In this document: piece after piece, positions 31,670-41,516 of the stretch
Position numbering within the stretch: the first letter of the stretch is position 1
Layout of the letters: each line of letters begins with the position of its first letter
Source: Elusimicrobiaceae bacterium
GTDB lineage: Bacteria; Elusimicrobiota; Elusimicrobia; Elusimicrobiales; Elusimicrobiaceae
DNA: 64,000 nucleotides
NCBI GenBank assembly: GCA_017501565.1
Contig: JAFVWP010000137.1
Span: forward strand, 1,381-65,380
Reading direction: 5' to 3'
Notes under the pieces: generated by a model
Told to the model about the DNA's origin: nothing
The model's database searches: none
The model's input: only the letters and a program-made list of their open reading frames with translations
Translations under genes and position numbers: made by a program

Positions 31670-32551
31670 TTAAAAGCGGTGCGGAATTAATATATTTAAG
31701 GATTTAGGACGCATGGAAATTGTTAATTCCCGCCGGGCTACTTTCGGCTCTCCGTCCAAGTGGTACACAATATCTCCTTCTGCGCGGATAACGGCTTGGG
31801 GCGTTTTGCGGGTGTCGGTCACATCAAAAGGGCGAAAAGTTTTACTGAAAAACGTAGGCAAAGCAAGCAAAAGCTTCCACTTGCCGGTATTATGCACTTG
31901 CACCATATCCAACAGGCCGTCCGTCAAATCCGCGCGGGGGGCAATATTAAAATTACTGCCGTATTGCGTGCCGTTGGCAAACACCAAAGTCAGCGGGGTG
32001 ACAATTTCTTCTTTGCCGTTGTAAGACACTTGCAACGTTTGCGCCCGGTACGAAAAAATATCTTTAGCGGCTAATTTAAAATAAGGCCATTTACCGCGTT
32101 TGCCGATTTTTCCGTATTCGGCAAAATCTTGGGCAATTTGTGCTTCTATTCCTACACCGGCCATATTGAAAAAATATTCTCCGTTGGCTACCCCTACATC
32201 ACAAGCCGTAGGCGTTGCTTTTTGCAAAGCCACCCAGGCTTCTTCATACATCATCGGCATACCTATTTCACGCGCCAGGCCGTTGCCGGAGCCTTTGGGC
32301 ACAATGCCCAAGGCGGTTTTCGTACCCACCAAAGCTTTAGCCGTTTCGTTAATGGTGCCGTCTCCACCGGCGGCAATTACCGCATCATACCCTTCTTGTA
32401 CGGCTTTGGCGGCCAACTCCGTAGCGTGTCCGGCATATTTGGTAAATACGCCGTCTGCGTGCGGAAAATTAATCCGTGCCACCCGCTCTAATGTGGCCTT
32501 ATCTCTATGTTCGCCGCCGCTGATGGGGTTGATGATGATAAGGGTTTTCAT
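31670..32551 (-). CDS. Diacylglycerol/lipid kinase family (YegS/BmrU-like)
   Basis: INPISG, GGDGT, PKGSGNGLAR and DGE motifs. Confidence 0.9.
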   Translation of the reverse strand: MKTLIIINPISGGEHRDKATLERVARINFPHADGVFTKYAGHATELAAKAVQEGYDAVIAAGGDGTINETAKALVGTKTALGIVPKGSGNGLAREIGMPMMYEEAWVALQKATPTACDVGVANGEYFFNMAGVGIEAQIAQDFAEYGKIGKRGKWPYFKLAAKDIFSYRAQTLQVSYNGKEEIVTPLTLVFANGTQYGSNFNIAPRADLTDGLLDMVQVHNTGKWKLLLALPTFFSKTFRPFDVTDTRKTPQAVIRAEGDIVYHLDGEPKVARRELTISMRPKSLNILIPHRF

Positions 32552-32901
32552 AAACGTTGAATATCTTTTTGTTTATCCAAAGCTTCTTTGACAGATAATG
32601 TTTGCAAGGTTTCGCAAATGCGTTCGGTTTTGAGCAAGTTATTGCCGATACCGGCCACTTTCGCCCCGAGCCCCGCCAAAAACATCATCAGCAAAGCAAA
32701 TAAAGAGAGATTTAATATTTGGTTTACGCTGGAGGCTTCCATCTCAATCGGGCCGTATTGTGTATTGACATTGAAGTTTTTAAGTTGCAAAACTTGCACG
32801 ACGGGCTTTTTGTTTACAAATGTCTGATACATGCCCGTGAAAGAAAAGAAAAGGGTCGCTAAACCCACAAACAACAAGAAATAAGCTATTATTTTGTGCA
32901 T
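32548..32901 (-). CDS. Hypothetical membrane protein (2 TM)
   Basis: Two hydrophobic segments; 4-bp overlap with the kinase gene. Confidence 0.65.
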   Translation of the reverse strand: MHKIIAYFLLFVGLATLFFSFTGMYQTFVNKKPVVQVLQLKNFNVNTQYGPIEMEASSVNQILNLSLFALLMMFLAGLGAKVAGIGNNLLKTERICETLQTLSVKEALDKQKDIQRL

Positions 32902-33000
32902 ATCTCATTATAATAAATTCATGCCCGGGCGGGGAGTTTTGTCTATATCGTATTTGATATAATGAATATATATCTTCAAAATATACAGGAAACAATACTT

Positions 33001-35610
33001 ATGAAAAGCACCGAAATAAGAAGCGGTTTTTTACAATTTTTCAATTCCAAAGGGTTGCCGGTTAAACCTTCCAGCTCTTTAATCCCCCATTCGGATCCGA
33101 CTTTGCTGTTTACTTCGGCGGGTATGGTCCAATTTAAGGCCAATTTTTTAGGCATTGATAAATCTTTAAAAAATGCTGCCACTTGCCAAAAATGCGTCCG
33201 CACCACCGATATTGACAGCGTGGGTTTCACCGAACGCCACCTGACGTTTTTTGAAATGTTGGGAAACTTTTCTTTCGGTGATTATTTTAAAAATGAAGCA
33301 ATTGCCTGGGCTTGGGAGTATTTAACCAAGGTCTTGCAAATCCCCGCGGAAAAACTTTCTGTCAGTATTTACAAAGGCGGCATTGCACCGCGCGACGAAG
33401 AAGCCTACAATGCCTGGCTGAAATATGTGCCTGCGGAACGGATTTTTGAATTGGGCGAAGCCGATAACTTTTGGACCATGGGTCCTACCGGTCCTTGCGG
33501 GCCTTGCTCCGAAATTTACTATGATTTTGGCGATAAAGGTTGCACCAATCCCCATTGTGATATTACGTGCAACTGCGGCCGTTATGTGGAAATTTGGAAC
33601 TTGGTCTTTACCCAATTTGACCGCCAAGAAGACGGCACCTTAAATGCCTTGCCCCATAAAAACATTGATACAGGTATGGGTTTAGAACGCTTGTGTATGG
33701 CCATGCAAAATGCCCGCAACGTTTTTGAAACCGATTTGTTCACTCCGCTTACCCGTCAAGCGCAAAAAGATTTGGGCATTGAAGGAAAAACAAAAGAAGA
33801 AATTTCCGCTTTGCGTATTATTGCCGACCACGTGCGTAGCTCTTCTTTCTTAATTGCGGAAGGGATTTTGCCCTCCAACGAAGGCCGCGGGTATATCTTG
33901 CGCCGTTTGATTCGCCGCGCCGCCCGCTACGGCAAATTGATGGGCAATGACAAACCCTATTTATATACCTTGGTACCGGTCGTGCAAGGTATTTTCGGCG
34001 GCTTGTACCCTGAAATTGATAAAAATGCCCAACATATTCAAGACGTACTTAAACAAGAAGAAAGCACTTTCTTAAAAACATTGGTCACCGGCGAAGAAAA
34101 ATTGGCCCAGCTCTTGGCTACTTGCGGTAAAACCTTGCCCGGGGCGGAAGCCTTCCACCTGCACGAAACCTATGGTTTTCCGCTAGAGCTTACCAAAGAA
34201 ATCGCCGCGGCTAAAAATGTGGCGGTAGATGAAGAAGGTTACGAAAAAGCCAAAGAATCTGCCCAAGAAAAAAGCCGTTCTTATGCTGATGAATTTTCTA
34301 AGGAAAAGGCCGTCATCATGCAAAAGGTGGAAAACAGCTACCCCGCCACCTTGTTTGTAGGGTATGAACAATTAACCGCTCAAGCCAAAGTATTGGCCTT
34401 ATTAAACGATAAATTTGAATTTGTAGACAGCTTAAACGGACAAGGTTATGCTGTTTTCAACCAAACCCCATTCTATGCCGAATCCGGCGGTCAGGTGGGC
34501 GATAAAGGGGTCGTGTGCCACAACGGACAAGAAACCGCACACATCACCGATACCCAAAAACCCTTGGGCAAAGTATATTTGCACAAAGTAAACGGCGCTT
34601 TACAAACGGGTGACGAAGTAACTTTATCGGTAGATGTCGCCCGCCGTAAACGTTGCATGGCCAACCACAGCGCCATTCACTTGGTCAATGCGGCTTTGCG
34701 TCAGGTATTTGGCAACAGCGTACACCAAAGCGGTTCTTTTGTATCTGAAGAACGCTTCCGCTTTGACTATACACTCTCCAGAACGCCGAGCGCCGAAGAA
34801 TTGAAAAAGGCTTGGAAAATAGCCAACGAAGCGGCCGAAGCGGCTTTGCCGGTGTATTGCCAAGAACGTCCTTTGGCCGATGCAGACCGCTTGGGTGCCG
34901 TGACCCTTTTGGGAGAAACCTATGCAGACCCGGCCCGCTTTGTATTGATGGGCGGCAGCTTTGAAAACCCCCAAGAAAAATACAGCTTGGAATTGTGCGG
35001 TGGGACACACGTAAAAAACACCGCAGAAGTCATGAGTATTTTGGTGCTGAAAGAAGGCTCCGTTTCTGCCGGGGTACGCCGTATTGAAGGCGTAGCCGGA
35101 TATGCCGCGTTGGACTATTTGAAAAATGTCCATGCACAAGCCGAAGAATTGGCCGCGCGCCTGGTGGTGCCCGCCAAAGACGTTTTCCAACGCGTAAATA
35201 CCATCATGGACGAATTGAAAGAAGTGAAAAAACGCTTCACGCAATTTAGAGAGAAAACATTAGCCGCCGGCGGGGTAAACGAAACAACCTTTACCATGCA
35301 AAACGGCACTACAGTAGTGTTGCGTAATGCCGAAGGAGCCGAGCCGAAAGAATTGCGTAATATTGCCGATACAATTGCCCAAAAACACCAACAAGCCTTA
35401 ATCATCGTAACGTGCGACAAAGAAGGCAAACGCTCTTTTGTGGTAAAAATGGTAGGCAAGCTGCCCAATACCGATGCCGTATCCGTAGCCAAAATGATAG
35501 CCGCTGACTTAAACGGACGCGCAGGCGGGCGGGCGGATTTTGCCCAAGGCGGCGGAGAAGCCAAACGCCCGATGTTGGACTTAATCGGCTCCATGAAAGA
35601 AAGTTTATAA
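33001..35610 (+). CDS. alaS: Alanine-tRNA ligase
   Basis: DPTLLFTSAGM, HLTFFEMLGNF, DTGMGLER; editing motifs HxxxH and ELCGGTH; C-Ala GGRADFAQGG. Confidence 0.98.
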   Translation: MKSTEIRSGFLQFFNSKGLPVKPSSSLIPHSDPTLLFTSAGMVQFKANFLGIDKSLKNAATCQKCVRTTDIDSVGFTERHLTFFEMLGNFSFGDYFKNEAIAWAWEYLTKVLQIPAEKLSVSIYKGGIAPRDEEAYNAWLKYVPAERIFELGEADNFWTMGPTGPCGPCSEIYYDFGDKGCTNPHCDITCNCGRYVEIWNLVFTQFDRQEDGTLNALPHKNIDTGMGLERLCMAMQNARNVFETDLFTPLTRQAQKDLGIEGKTKEEISALRIIADHVRSSSFLIAEGILPSNEGRGYILRRLIRRAARYGKLMGNDKPYLYTLVPVVQGIFGGLYPEIDKNAQHIQDVLKQEESTFLKTLVTGEEKLAQLLATCGKTLPGAEAFHLHETYGFPLELTKEIAAAKNVAVDEEGYEKAKESAQEKSRSYADEFSKEKAVIMQKVENSYPATLFVGYEQLTAQAKVLALLNDKFEFVDSLNGQGYAVFNQTPFYAESGGQVGDKGVVCHNGQETAHITDTQKPLGKVYLHKVNGALQTGDEVTLSVDVARRKRCMANHSAIHLVNAALRQVFGNSVHQSGSFVSEERFRFDYTLSRTPSAEELKKAWKIANEAAEAALPVYCQERPLADADRLGAVTLLGETYADPARFVLMGGSFENPQEKYSLELCGGTHVKNTAEVMSILVLKEGSVSAGVRRIEGVAGYAALDYLKNVHAQAEELAARLVVPAKDVFQRVNTIMDELKEVKKRFTQFREKTLAAGGVNETTFTMQNGTTVVLRNAEGAEPKELRNIADTIAQKHQQALIIVTCDKEGKRSFVVKMVGKLPNTDAVSVAKMIAADLNGRAGGRADFAQGGGEAKRPMLDLIGSMKESL

Positions 35611-35612
35611 TC

Positions 35613-35638
35613 AAAACCCCGGGTAACCGGGGTTTTTT
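35613..35638 (+). terminator. Intrinsic terminator after alaS
   Basis: AAAACCCCGG-GTAA-CCGGGGTTTTTT. Confidence 0.85.
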
Positions 35639-35761
35639 AGGGCCCAGAAAAACATAGGTCCAAATTCCCACAAAAATAGGTCCAAGGACCCTAGAAACAG
35701 ATATAGAGAAAGTCTATACTATAAGTGTAGAAGAAGTAAAAACAAAAAGGAGAACAATTTT

Positions 35762-36328
35762 ATGAAAAAAATGGCTTTATTGTTGGTACTAGCTTTTGTT
35801 TTACCCGCGGTAGCTTCTGCTTATGAATTTCCCTATGGCCGCGAAGGCAAAATTATGGCTTCTGTTGAAAATCTTATGAAAGAAGCGGACAAAAAAAATA
35901 AAGAACAACTTCAAAAGGCTCAAGAAGATGCTAAAAAAGCCGAAGAAGAAGCGAAAGCAAAAGAAAAAATGAGAATCACCGCTCAACAAGAAGCCCAAAA
36001 AGCAACGGAAGCTTTGCTTGCTTTGCAAGAAGCTTACCCTGAATATGCCGAAGAAGTGGCAAGATTCTCTCGCATTCATACTTACTTTGTAGGATTTGCT
36101 GATGGAAAAAATGCAAAAGACAGAAAAGAAGCCTTTGGCAATATCTTTATGCAATTAGAACATTTTTATAGCTGTCTGGAAGATTTGCCGGAAGAAGTGT
36201 CCAAACAGGTTTACGAAATTATGAACCACCAATATTGGATTCAATTTTCCGAAGACTCTTACAGCTTAAGAGGTTTAGGTCCTGCGGCAAAACGCGAAAC
36301 CGGTGTTTTTGATAGTGATTATTTCTAA
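35762..36328 (+). CDS. Secreted helical hypothetical protein (paralogue of 59100..59684)
   Basis: Signal peptide ending ASA; K/E/A-rich coiled coil; SD AGGAG. Confidence 0.75.
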   Translation: MKKMALLLVLAFVLPAVASAYEFPYGREGKIMASVENLMKEADKKNKEQLQKAQEDAKKAEEEAKAKEKMRITAQQEAQKATEALLALQEAYPEYAEEVARFSRIHTYFVGFADGKNAKDRKEAFGNIFMQLEHFYSCLEDLPEEVSKQVYEIMNHQYWIQFSEDSYSLRGLGPAAKRETGVFDSDYF

Positions 36329-36341
36329 AAAGTTGTTTTTT

Positions 36342-36370
36342 AAAAGCCCCGCATTTTGCGGGGCTTTTTT
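36342..36370. terminator. Bidirectional terminator marking the end of the polysaccharide locus
   Basis: AAAAGCCCCGCA-TTT-TGCGGGGCTTTT between convergent genes. Confidence 0.85.
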
Positions 36371-36377
36371 ATTGGAT

Positions 36378-37436
36378 TTACAAAAGGGATAAAAAAGTTT
36401 CCGCGCTGATTTTTAGACGTTTTTCATCAAAATTTTCTATCACCTTTCCGCCCCAGGCCCACAGCATATCCAAGTGTGGGGTCGGTACCTGTAAGATTTC
36501 CGCAATGCAGTGAAGCATAGCCAAACCGAAACAAAAATCTTCCGTAAAATAGCGGTTTGCAAAATCCGGCACAAAGCGGTCGGTCCCCTGTTTTTTCATA
36601 GGGGCTTTGATGCCTTGAAAGGCTTGGATAGAGCGAATTTTGTTCGTCAAAGCAGCCGCGTCTTGGCTTTCGTAATAGGTTAAAAGCGGGGGAACAGGGC
36701 TTAATTTTGCCGGATTCGCTCTCATAACTGCCTGAAACTCGGCATCGCACGCCACCAACAGCAAAGAACTTTCTAAATCCCAATCTTCATAAAACAAAAT
36801 TTCTTTTTCATAAGGACGCTGCGAAGAAAAGCGGTGAAACAAAGAGTATAGGCGGCTGGTGTGTAAAATAGGATTGCTGTTGGTTAAACAGGTCTGCAAA
36901 AAATGCGGCAACAGCACTACGGGCGTGGCAAACATTTCTTCCAGCGTTTCTGCTAATGCTTGTCCCGCCGCATGATGCAAGGTAGCCACCGCTAATTCTT
37001 TTTTATATCCCAACAAACAAGCACTACGTCCGTACTCTTTCACACGGGCAATAAAAGGCACCCGTTGAAAAGCAAATAAAGGGTTTTGGTCTCCCAAAAT
37101 TTCATGTGCTAAAAAGAAAAATCCGCTACTGCCCACCACACACCCCACTTGCGTCTGTTTAGACAAATGCGGTTTAATCCGGCGCAAAGCATCGGCGATG
37201 CAATAGCCGGGAAGGCAAAGCAATAGCATATCGGCATTTTTTACGATGGAAGGATCTTGCGAAATATGAAATAAATCTCCCCGCAAAACAGCGCCCCCGG
37301 GCGTATATATTTGCAGTGTTTTTTGCCATTTTTCCGCAGAAGAAGTGAGCAAAGAAACCTGATAGTCTCTATGCGCTAAAAAACCGCCGATGACATGCCC
37401 TAAATGGCCGCCGCCGCAAATGCAAATATGTTTCAT
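36378..37436 (-). CDS. NAD/NADP-dependent opine (octopine/nopaline) dehydrogenase family
   Basis: Rossmann ICGGGHLG; TNSNPILH, FYEDW and RYFTEDFCFGL motifs. Confidence 0.85.
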   Translation of the reverse strand: MKHICICGGGHLGHVIGGFLAHRDYQVSLLTSSAEKWQKTLQIYTPGGAVLRGDLFHISQDPSIVKNADMLLLCLPGYCIADALRRIKPHLSKQTQVGCVVGSSGFFFLAHEILGDQNPLFAFQRVPFIARVKEYGRSACLLGYKKELAVATLHHAAGQALAETLEEMFATPVVLLPHFLQTCLTNSNPILHTSRLYSLFHRFSSQRPYEKEILFYEDWDLESSLLLVACDAEFQAVMRANPAKLSPVPPLLTYYESQDAAALTNKIRSIQAFQGIKAPMKKQGTDRFVPDFANRYFTEDFCFGLAMLHCIAEILQVPTPHLDMLWAWGGKVIENFDEKRLKISAETFLSLL

Positions 37437-37438
37437 GA

Positions 37439-39229
37439 TTATAATGCTTCAATTAGCGCCGCATTGTCGGCTCTGTTTCGGATCGCAATGCGAATATAGT
37501 TCTTTTGCGCAAAGCCTTTTTTAGCGGAACAATCTTTAATAAAAATTTTCCGTTTCAAAAGTTCTTCTGCCAAGGCCGTCGCTGTTTTGGGCGGCAAAAC
37601 TTCGCACAAAAAATAATTCGCTTGCGAAGGATATACCCGCAAATAGGAAATCTTTTTTAGTTGCTGATAAAAAGTCTCCCGCTCTTGCGCAAAGAGCTGA
37701 CAAGCATTTTTATAATCGGCTTCATACTTGTGGTAAATTTGCAAAAAGAACTCGGCAAACGAGTTAATATTCCAAATAGATAACCGACGGCGCAAATCGT
37801 CCATCAACGCTGTATCTGCACTTGCGGCAATCCCTAAACGAAGCCCCGGTACACCATAAGATTTGGAAATACTTTTTAAAATAATCATCTGCGGGTAGCG
37901 GACTAAAATATCGTTTTTCAGCAAAGAGCTTTCCGCTCCTTTTTCCGCAAAATCCACAAAAGACTCATCTAAAACTAAACGGACTTGTTTAGCCCGGCAC
38001 CAATCCAACAAAGTCAACAAATCTTCTTTTCCGATAAAATTGCCGGACGGATTATCCGGATTAATCAGTAAAAGTGAAGATATGGCTTTGTCTTCAAAAT
38101 AAGCCATCACATCTTTTGCTGTATAAGAAAAACCCGGAGTTTGCGGGGTCCATATCACTAAATCTTGTTGTTTTCGGTTGGGGTACTCTTCAAAAGTAGG
38201 ATAAATCACCCCCATTTTTCCCGGCAATAAAGGCAATAGCTCTTTAATAATTTCCGCCGCGCCGTTTCCGACGGCTAAATACGGAGCATAAACATCAAAG
38301 TTTTTTGCCGCCAGCATACCCATTACACCCGCGCCGGAAGGATATTGGCAGAGTAAATCTTCAAAATTACTTTTTATTTCATCGCACATCTTTTGGGGCG
38401 GGAAATAAGGATTAACCAAATAACAAAAATCTTTCAACCCCGAAAAACGCCAATAGCCGCCGAATCTTTTTTGATAGCGTTGCAAAGTATTTTCTTGGGA
38501 GAAAATCATTTCTGCCGTATCCAAATCTTGCATATCGTCTATTTCATACCAACGCTCCCCTTGCAACGTGCGGGCGCGAATTTGGGCATTTTCAAGAGTA
38601 GATAAAACACGCAACACCTGCTCATAAAAGCCGTTATGCCCCAAAGCCTGGCAATAAGCCTCTAAAAAAGGAACATATTGTTTGGCAGAAAATTCTTTGG
38701 AAAATTTATAAATATTGATGGTTTTATAATAAGAATCTTTTTCGGCAAATTTAAAATTATTTTTAGCAATAAAAGACTCTATTCTTCCGTCATCGGAAAT
38801 TTTTACACAAGTGCCGTCATTCCAATTTTCGTACTTATTTACCAGCGCAATCGTGGGATAAGGGTCTTGCAAAATTTTATCCAACACGGCATCTTCAAAA
38901 ATAAGGTCCGACTCTAAGAGTAAAGTATCTTCTTGGGTCAAATATTCTTTGGCCAGCGCCAAAGAATAAATATTATTGGTTTTATCGTATATCGGGTTTT
39001 CTACAAAAACGATGGGTATATCCAACCCCAAACTTTTTACAAAACAGACCAAAGACTCGGCCTTGTACCCCACCACCAAAACAATGCGAGATAAATTCCG
39101 CCCGGCCAACTGCTTTAACATTCTTTCAATCAGCGTAACGCCGTTTACTTTGACCATACATTTGGTGTTATGCGCGGTCAACTCTTTCAATCTCCGGCCC
39201 AGGCCGGCTGCTAAAATAATGGCTTGCAT
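37439..39229 (-). CDS. Fusion of a LicC-like cytidylyltransferase and a class I/II PLP enzyme (HisC/CobD-like)
   Basis: N-terminus: AIILAAGLGRRL...TKCMV, LLESDL, WYEIDD. C-terminus: GNGAAE, NPDNPSG, DESF.DF, KSISKSYGVPGLRLG. Confidence 0.88.
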   Translation of the reverse strand: MQAIILAAGLGRRLKELTAHNTKCMVKVNGVTLIERMLKQLAGRNLSRIVLVVGYKAESLVCFVKSLGLDIPIVFVENPIYDKTNNIYSLALAKEYLTQEDTLLLESDLIFEDAVLDKILQDPYPTIALVNKYENWNDGTCVKISDDGRIESFIAKNNFKFAEKDSYYKTINIYKFSKEFSAKQYVPFLEAYCQALGHNGFYEQVLRVLSTLENAQIRARTLQGERWYEIDDMQDLDTAEMIFSQENTLQRYQKRFGGYWRFSGLKDFCYLVNPYFPPQKMCDEIKSNFEDLLCQYPSGAGVMGMLAAKNFDVYAPYLAVGNGAAEIIKELLPLLPGKMGVIYPTFEEYPNRKQQDLVIWTPQTPGFSYTAKDVMAYFEDKAISSLLLINPDNPSGNFIGKEDLLTLLDWCRAKQVRLVLDESFVDFAEKGAESSLLKNDILVRYPQMIILKSISKSYGVPGLRLGIAASADTALMDDLRRRLSIWNINSFAEFFLQIYHKYEADYKNACQLFAQERETFYQQLKKISYLRVYPSQANYFLCEVLPPKTATALAEELLKRKIFIKDCSAKKGFAQKNYIRIAIRNRADNAALIEAL

Positions 39230-39249
39230 AGATACTCCAAAAAGAAAAG

Positions 39250-40581
39250 TTAGCTATTTTTACCGATATGTTTGTCTTTTAAAAAAGCTCTTTTGGCTGT
39301 TTTTAAAATAATTTCCACATCTAAAAATAAAGATCTGTTTTTGATATACCACAGGTCATACGCCAAGCGCAAAACCGCATCTTGCAGTTTTTCCTGTGGA
39401 ATTTTTTTGTCTTTATCCAAATCTGCCAACACACAATACGTAGGCGGGGCTTTAAAATTAAGCTGGGCCCACCCGGTCAAACCCGGCTGAATAATATTTC
39501 TGATGCGGTGGCAATAAATATGTTCATTTAAAAACTGATATTCCCTATCCCACACCGGGCGCGGGCCGACAATAGAAATATCCCCCCGCAAAATATTGAT
39601 AAGTTGCGGAATTTCATCTAAACGAAAACGCCTTAAAAAAGCTCCCAAACGGGTCACTTCCTGTGTATGGGGTTTCATGGTTCTAAACTTATAAATGCAA
39701 ATGCGGCGGTCATTTCTGCCCATTCTGACTTGCGGGAAAAAAGGTGGCATTTTATCTGTATATTTAATAAGCCCGTAAATACACAACCCCAACGGAAAAA
39801 AGAGCGGAATAAGCACCAAACTAAAGCCAATATCTATGGCACGTTTTACCAACGGAAAAATGGTACGGCTTTGCCGTTGGGAAAGGCTTTGCACCAGCCA
39901 ATGCGGATTTTGCAAAGCTTCTGCAGAACAGCGGTTAAAAAGCCGCTCGTAAAACTGATAATCCGTTTCCAACAAAACGCCTTTGCAAATTAATTTTTCC
40001 AAAATCAGCGGCCACGCTTGGGGTGCTTTTTCCAAGCAATTATGTGCCATAATCATCAGATCCGGCAAAGGGGTATCCGGGCCAAGGGCTTCTTGCGCCG
40101 TAGCACAACGGCCGGCAATAACATATTCTTTATAAAAGGCCAAATCTTTTTCTATGGCTTTTAGGGTTTCGCTTTGGCCGACAAGCAATATTTTTTGCCG
40201 TACAAAAGCATACGAAGCATAGATTTTTCTGGACAAATAAAGATATGAAAAATAAACGACAAAAACGGAAAGCAAAATCAGCTTTGGCGTGGCAACATTA
40301 AAAAAAGACGTTGTATAATAAATACCGAAGCCGGAAGATAACAAAGAAATGGTAAAAGCCACCAGGATATTTTGATAATTCAGGCGTTGCTTTTTAATAG
40401 TGTTTATATCATAAAAAGAGAAAACCCACAAAATGAGTGTTACCAAACAAAACACCGGCATCAGTACTTGTATGGTAGGCACTAAAACAGAAGGGGAAAA
40501 ATCTTGATAACGCAGGATAACAACCCAGGATATAGTGGCAAAGAAAGAGATAAAATCCAGCAGTAAAAATAAAGCTCTCAT
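39250..40581 (-). CDS. Initiating polyprenyl-phosphate sugar-1-phosphate transferase (WcaJ/WbaP-like)
   Basis: Four N-terminal TMs; KRAIDI, YKFRTM, RLDEIPQLINILRGDISIVGPRP, PGLTGWAQ and DLWYIKNRS. Confidence 0.93.
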   Translation of the reverse strand: MRALFLLLDFISFFATISWVVILRYQDFSPSVLVPTIQVLMPVFCLVTLILWVFSFYDINTIKKQRLNYQNILVAFTISLLSSGFGIYYTTSFFNVATPKLILLSVFVVYFSYLYLSRKIYASYAFVRQKILLVGQSETLKAIEKDLAFYKEYVIAGRCATAQEALGPDTPLPDLMIMAHNCLEKAPQAWPLILEKLICKGVLLETDYQFYERLFNRCSAEALQNPHWLVQSLSQRQSRTIFPLVKRAIDIGFSLVLIPLFFPLGLCIYGLIKYTDKMPPFFPQVRMGRNDRRICIYKFRTMKPHTQEVTRLGAFLRRFRLDEIPQLINILRGDISIVGPRPVWDREYQFLNEHIYCHRIRNIIQPGLTGWAQLNFKAPPTYCVLADLDKDKKIPQEKLQDAVLRLAYDLWYIKNRSLFLDVEIILKTAKRAFLKDKHIGKNS

Positions 40582-41516
40582 AACTCCTTCTGCCCCAAAA
40601 TCATTTTTTGCAGACCCTCTTTTAAGCTGACTTTGGCTTCAAACCCGAGTTTGCAGATTTTACCTGTATCTGCCAAAGAGTGCCGCACATCGGCTTCTCT
40701 TTTAGGCGCAAAACGTATTTTAACAGGCTTACCCGTTACCGCTTCTATCTCTTGGATTAAAGCCAATAAAGACGTGCTCTTTGCACTGCCCACATTATAA
40801 ATTTCGCCCGCTTGGCCGTTTTGCATAACCGCCAGGGTAGCGCGGGCCACGTCTTCTACATAAATAAAATCGCGGGTTTGTTGCCCGTCCCAATCCACCA
40901 CGCATTCTTGCCCTTGCAAGGCTTGCTGTATAAATTTGGCTATCACCGCCGCATAGGCACTTTGCGCATTTTGACGCGGGCCAAATACATTAAAGTATCG
41001 CACCGCCATGGCAGACAGGCCGTACGTTTGATGATAGGTTTGGCATAGTTTTTCCCCGGCAAGCTTGCTAAAAGCGTACGGAGACAAACAAGCCGTAGAA
41101 GCATCTTCGGCATAAGGAGCCTGGGGCTTGTTGCCGTAAACCGCGCTGGAAGAAGCCAACACCACTTTCGGCACGTTTTATTCACACGCGGCTTTTAGGA
41201 CATTCAAAGTGCCTTCTACATTGATTTTTTGGGTCAAGGCCGGCTCTTGCACCGATAGCGGCACAGACACCAAGGCCGCTAAATGAAAAATGCCGTCTAT
41301 CCCCGCTAAAGATTTCTTTAAGGAAGGAAAATCTAAAATATCCCCCTTAATAAATGTAATTTTATCTTGAATTGCGGCTAAGTTTTCCGTTTTGCCTGAT
41401 GAAAGATTATCATAGACCACTACCCCATGCCCTTGGCGAAGCAAAAACGCTGCCAAGTGAGAGCCGATAAATCCGGCACCGCCGGTAATTAAAAAAGTGG
41501 AATTATTCTTTTTCAT
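40578..41516 (-). pseudogene. UDP-hexose/HexNAc 4-epimerase (WbpP-like) with an in-frame TAA at 41178-41180
   Basis: GGAGFIGSH and HLAALVSV upstream of the stop; SSSAVYG, YAFSK and RYFNVFGPRQ downstream. The sequence reads TGT GAA TAA AAC GTG CCG in one frame. Confidence 0.9.

Noticed and set aside
41178-41180. Programmed readthrough or stop reassignment
   Set aside because: A single instance; TAA terminates many genes in this window.
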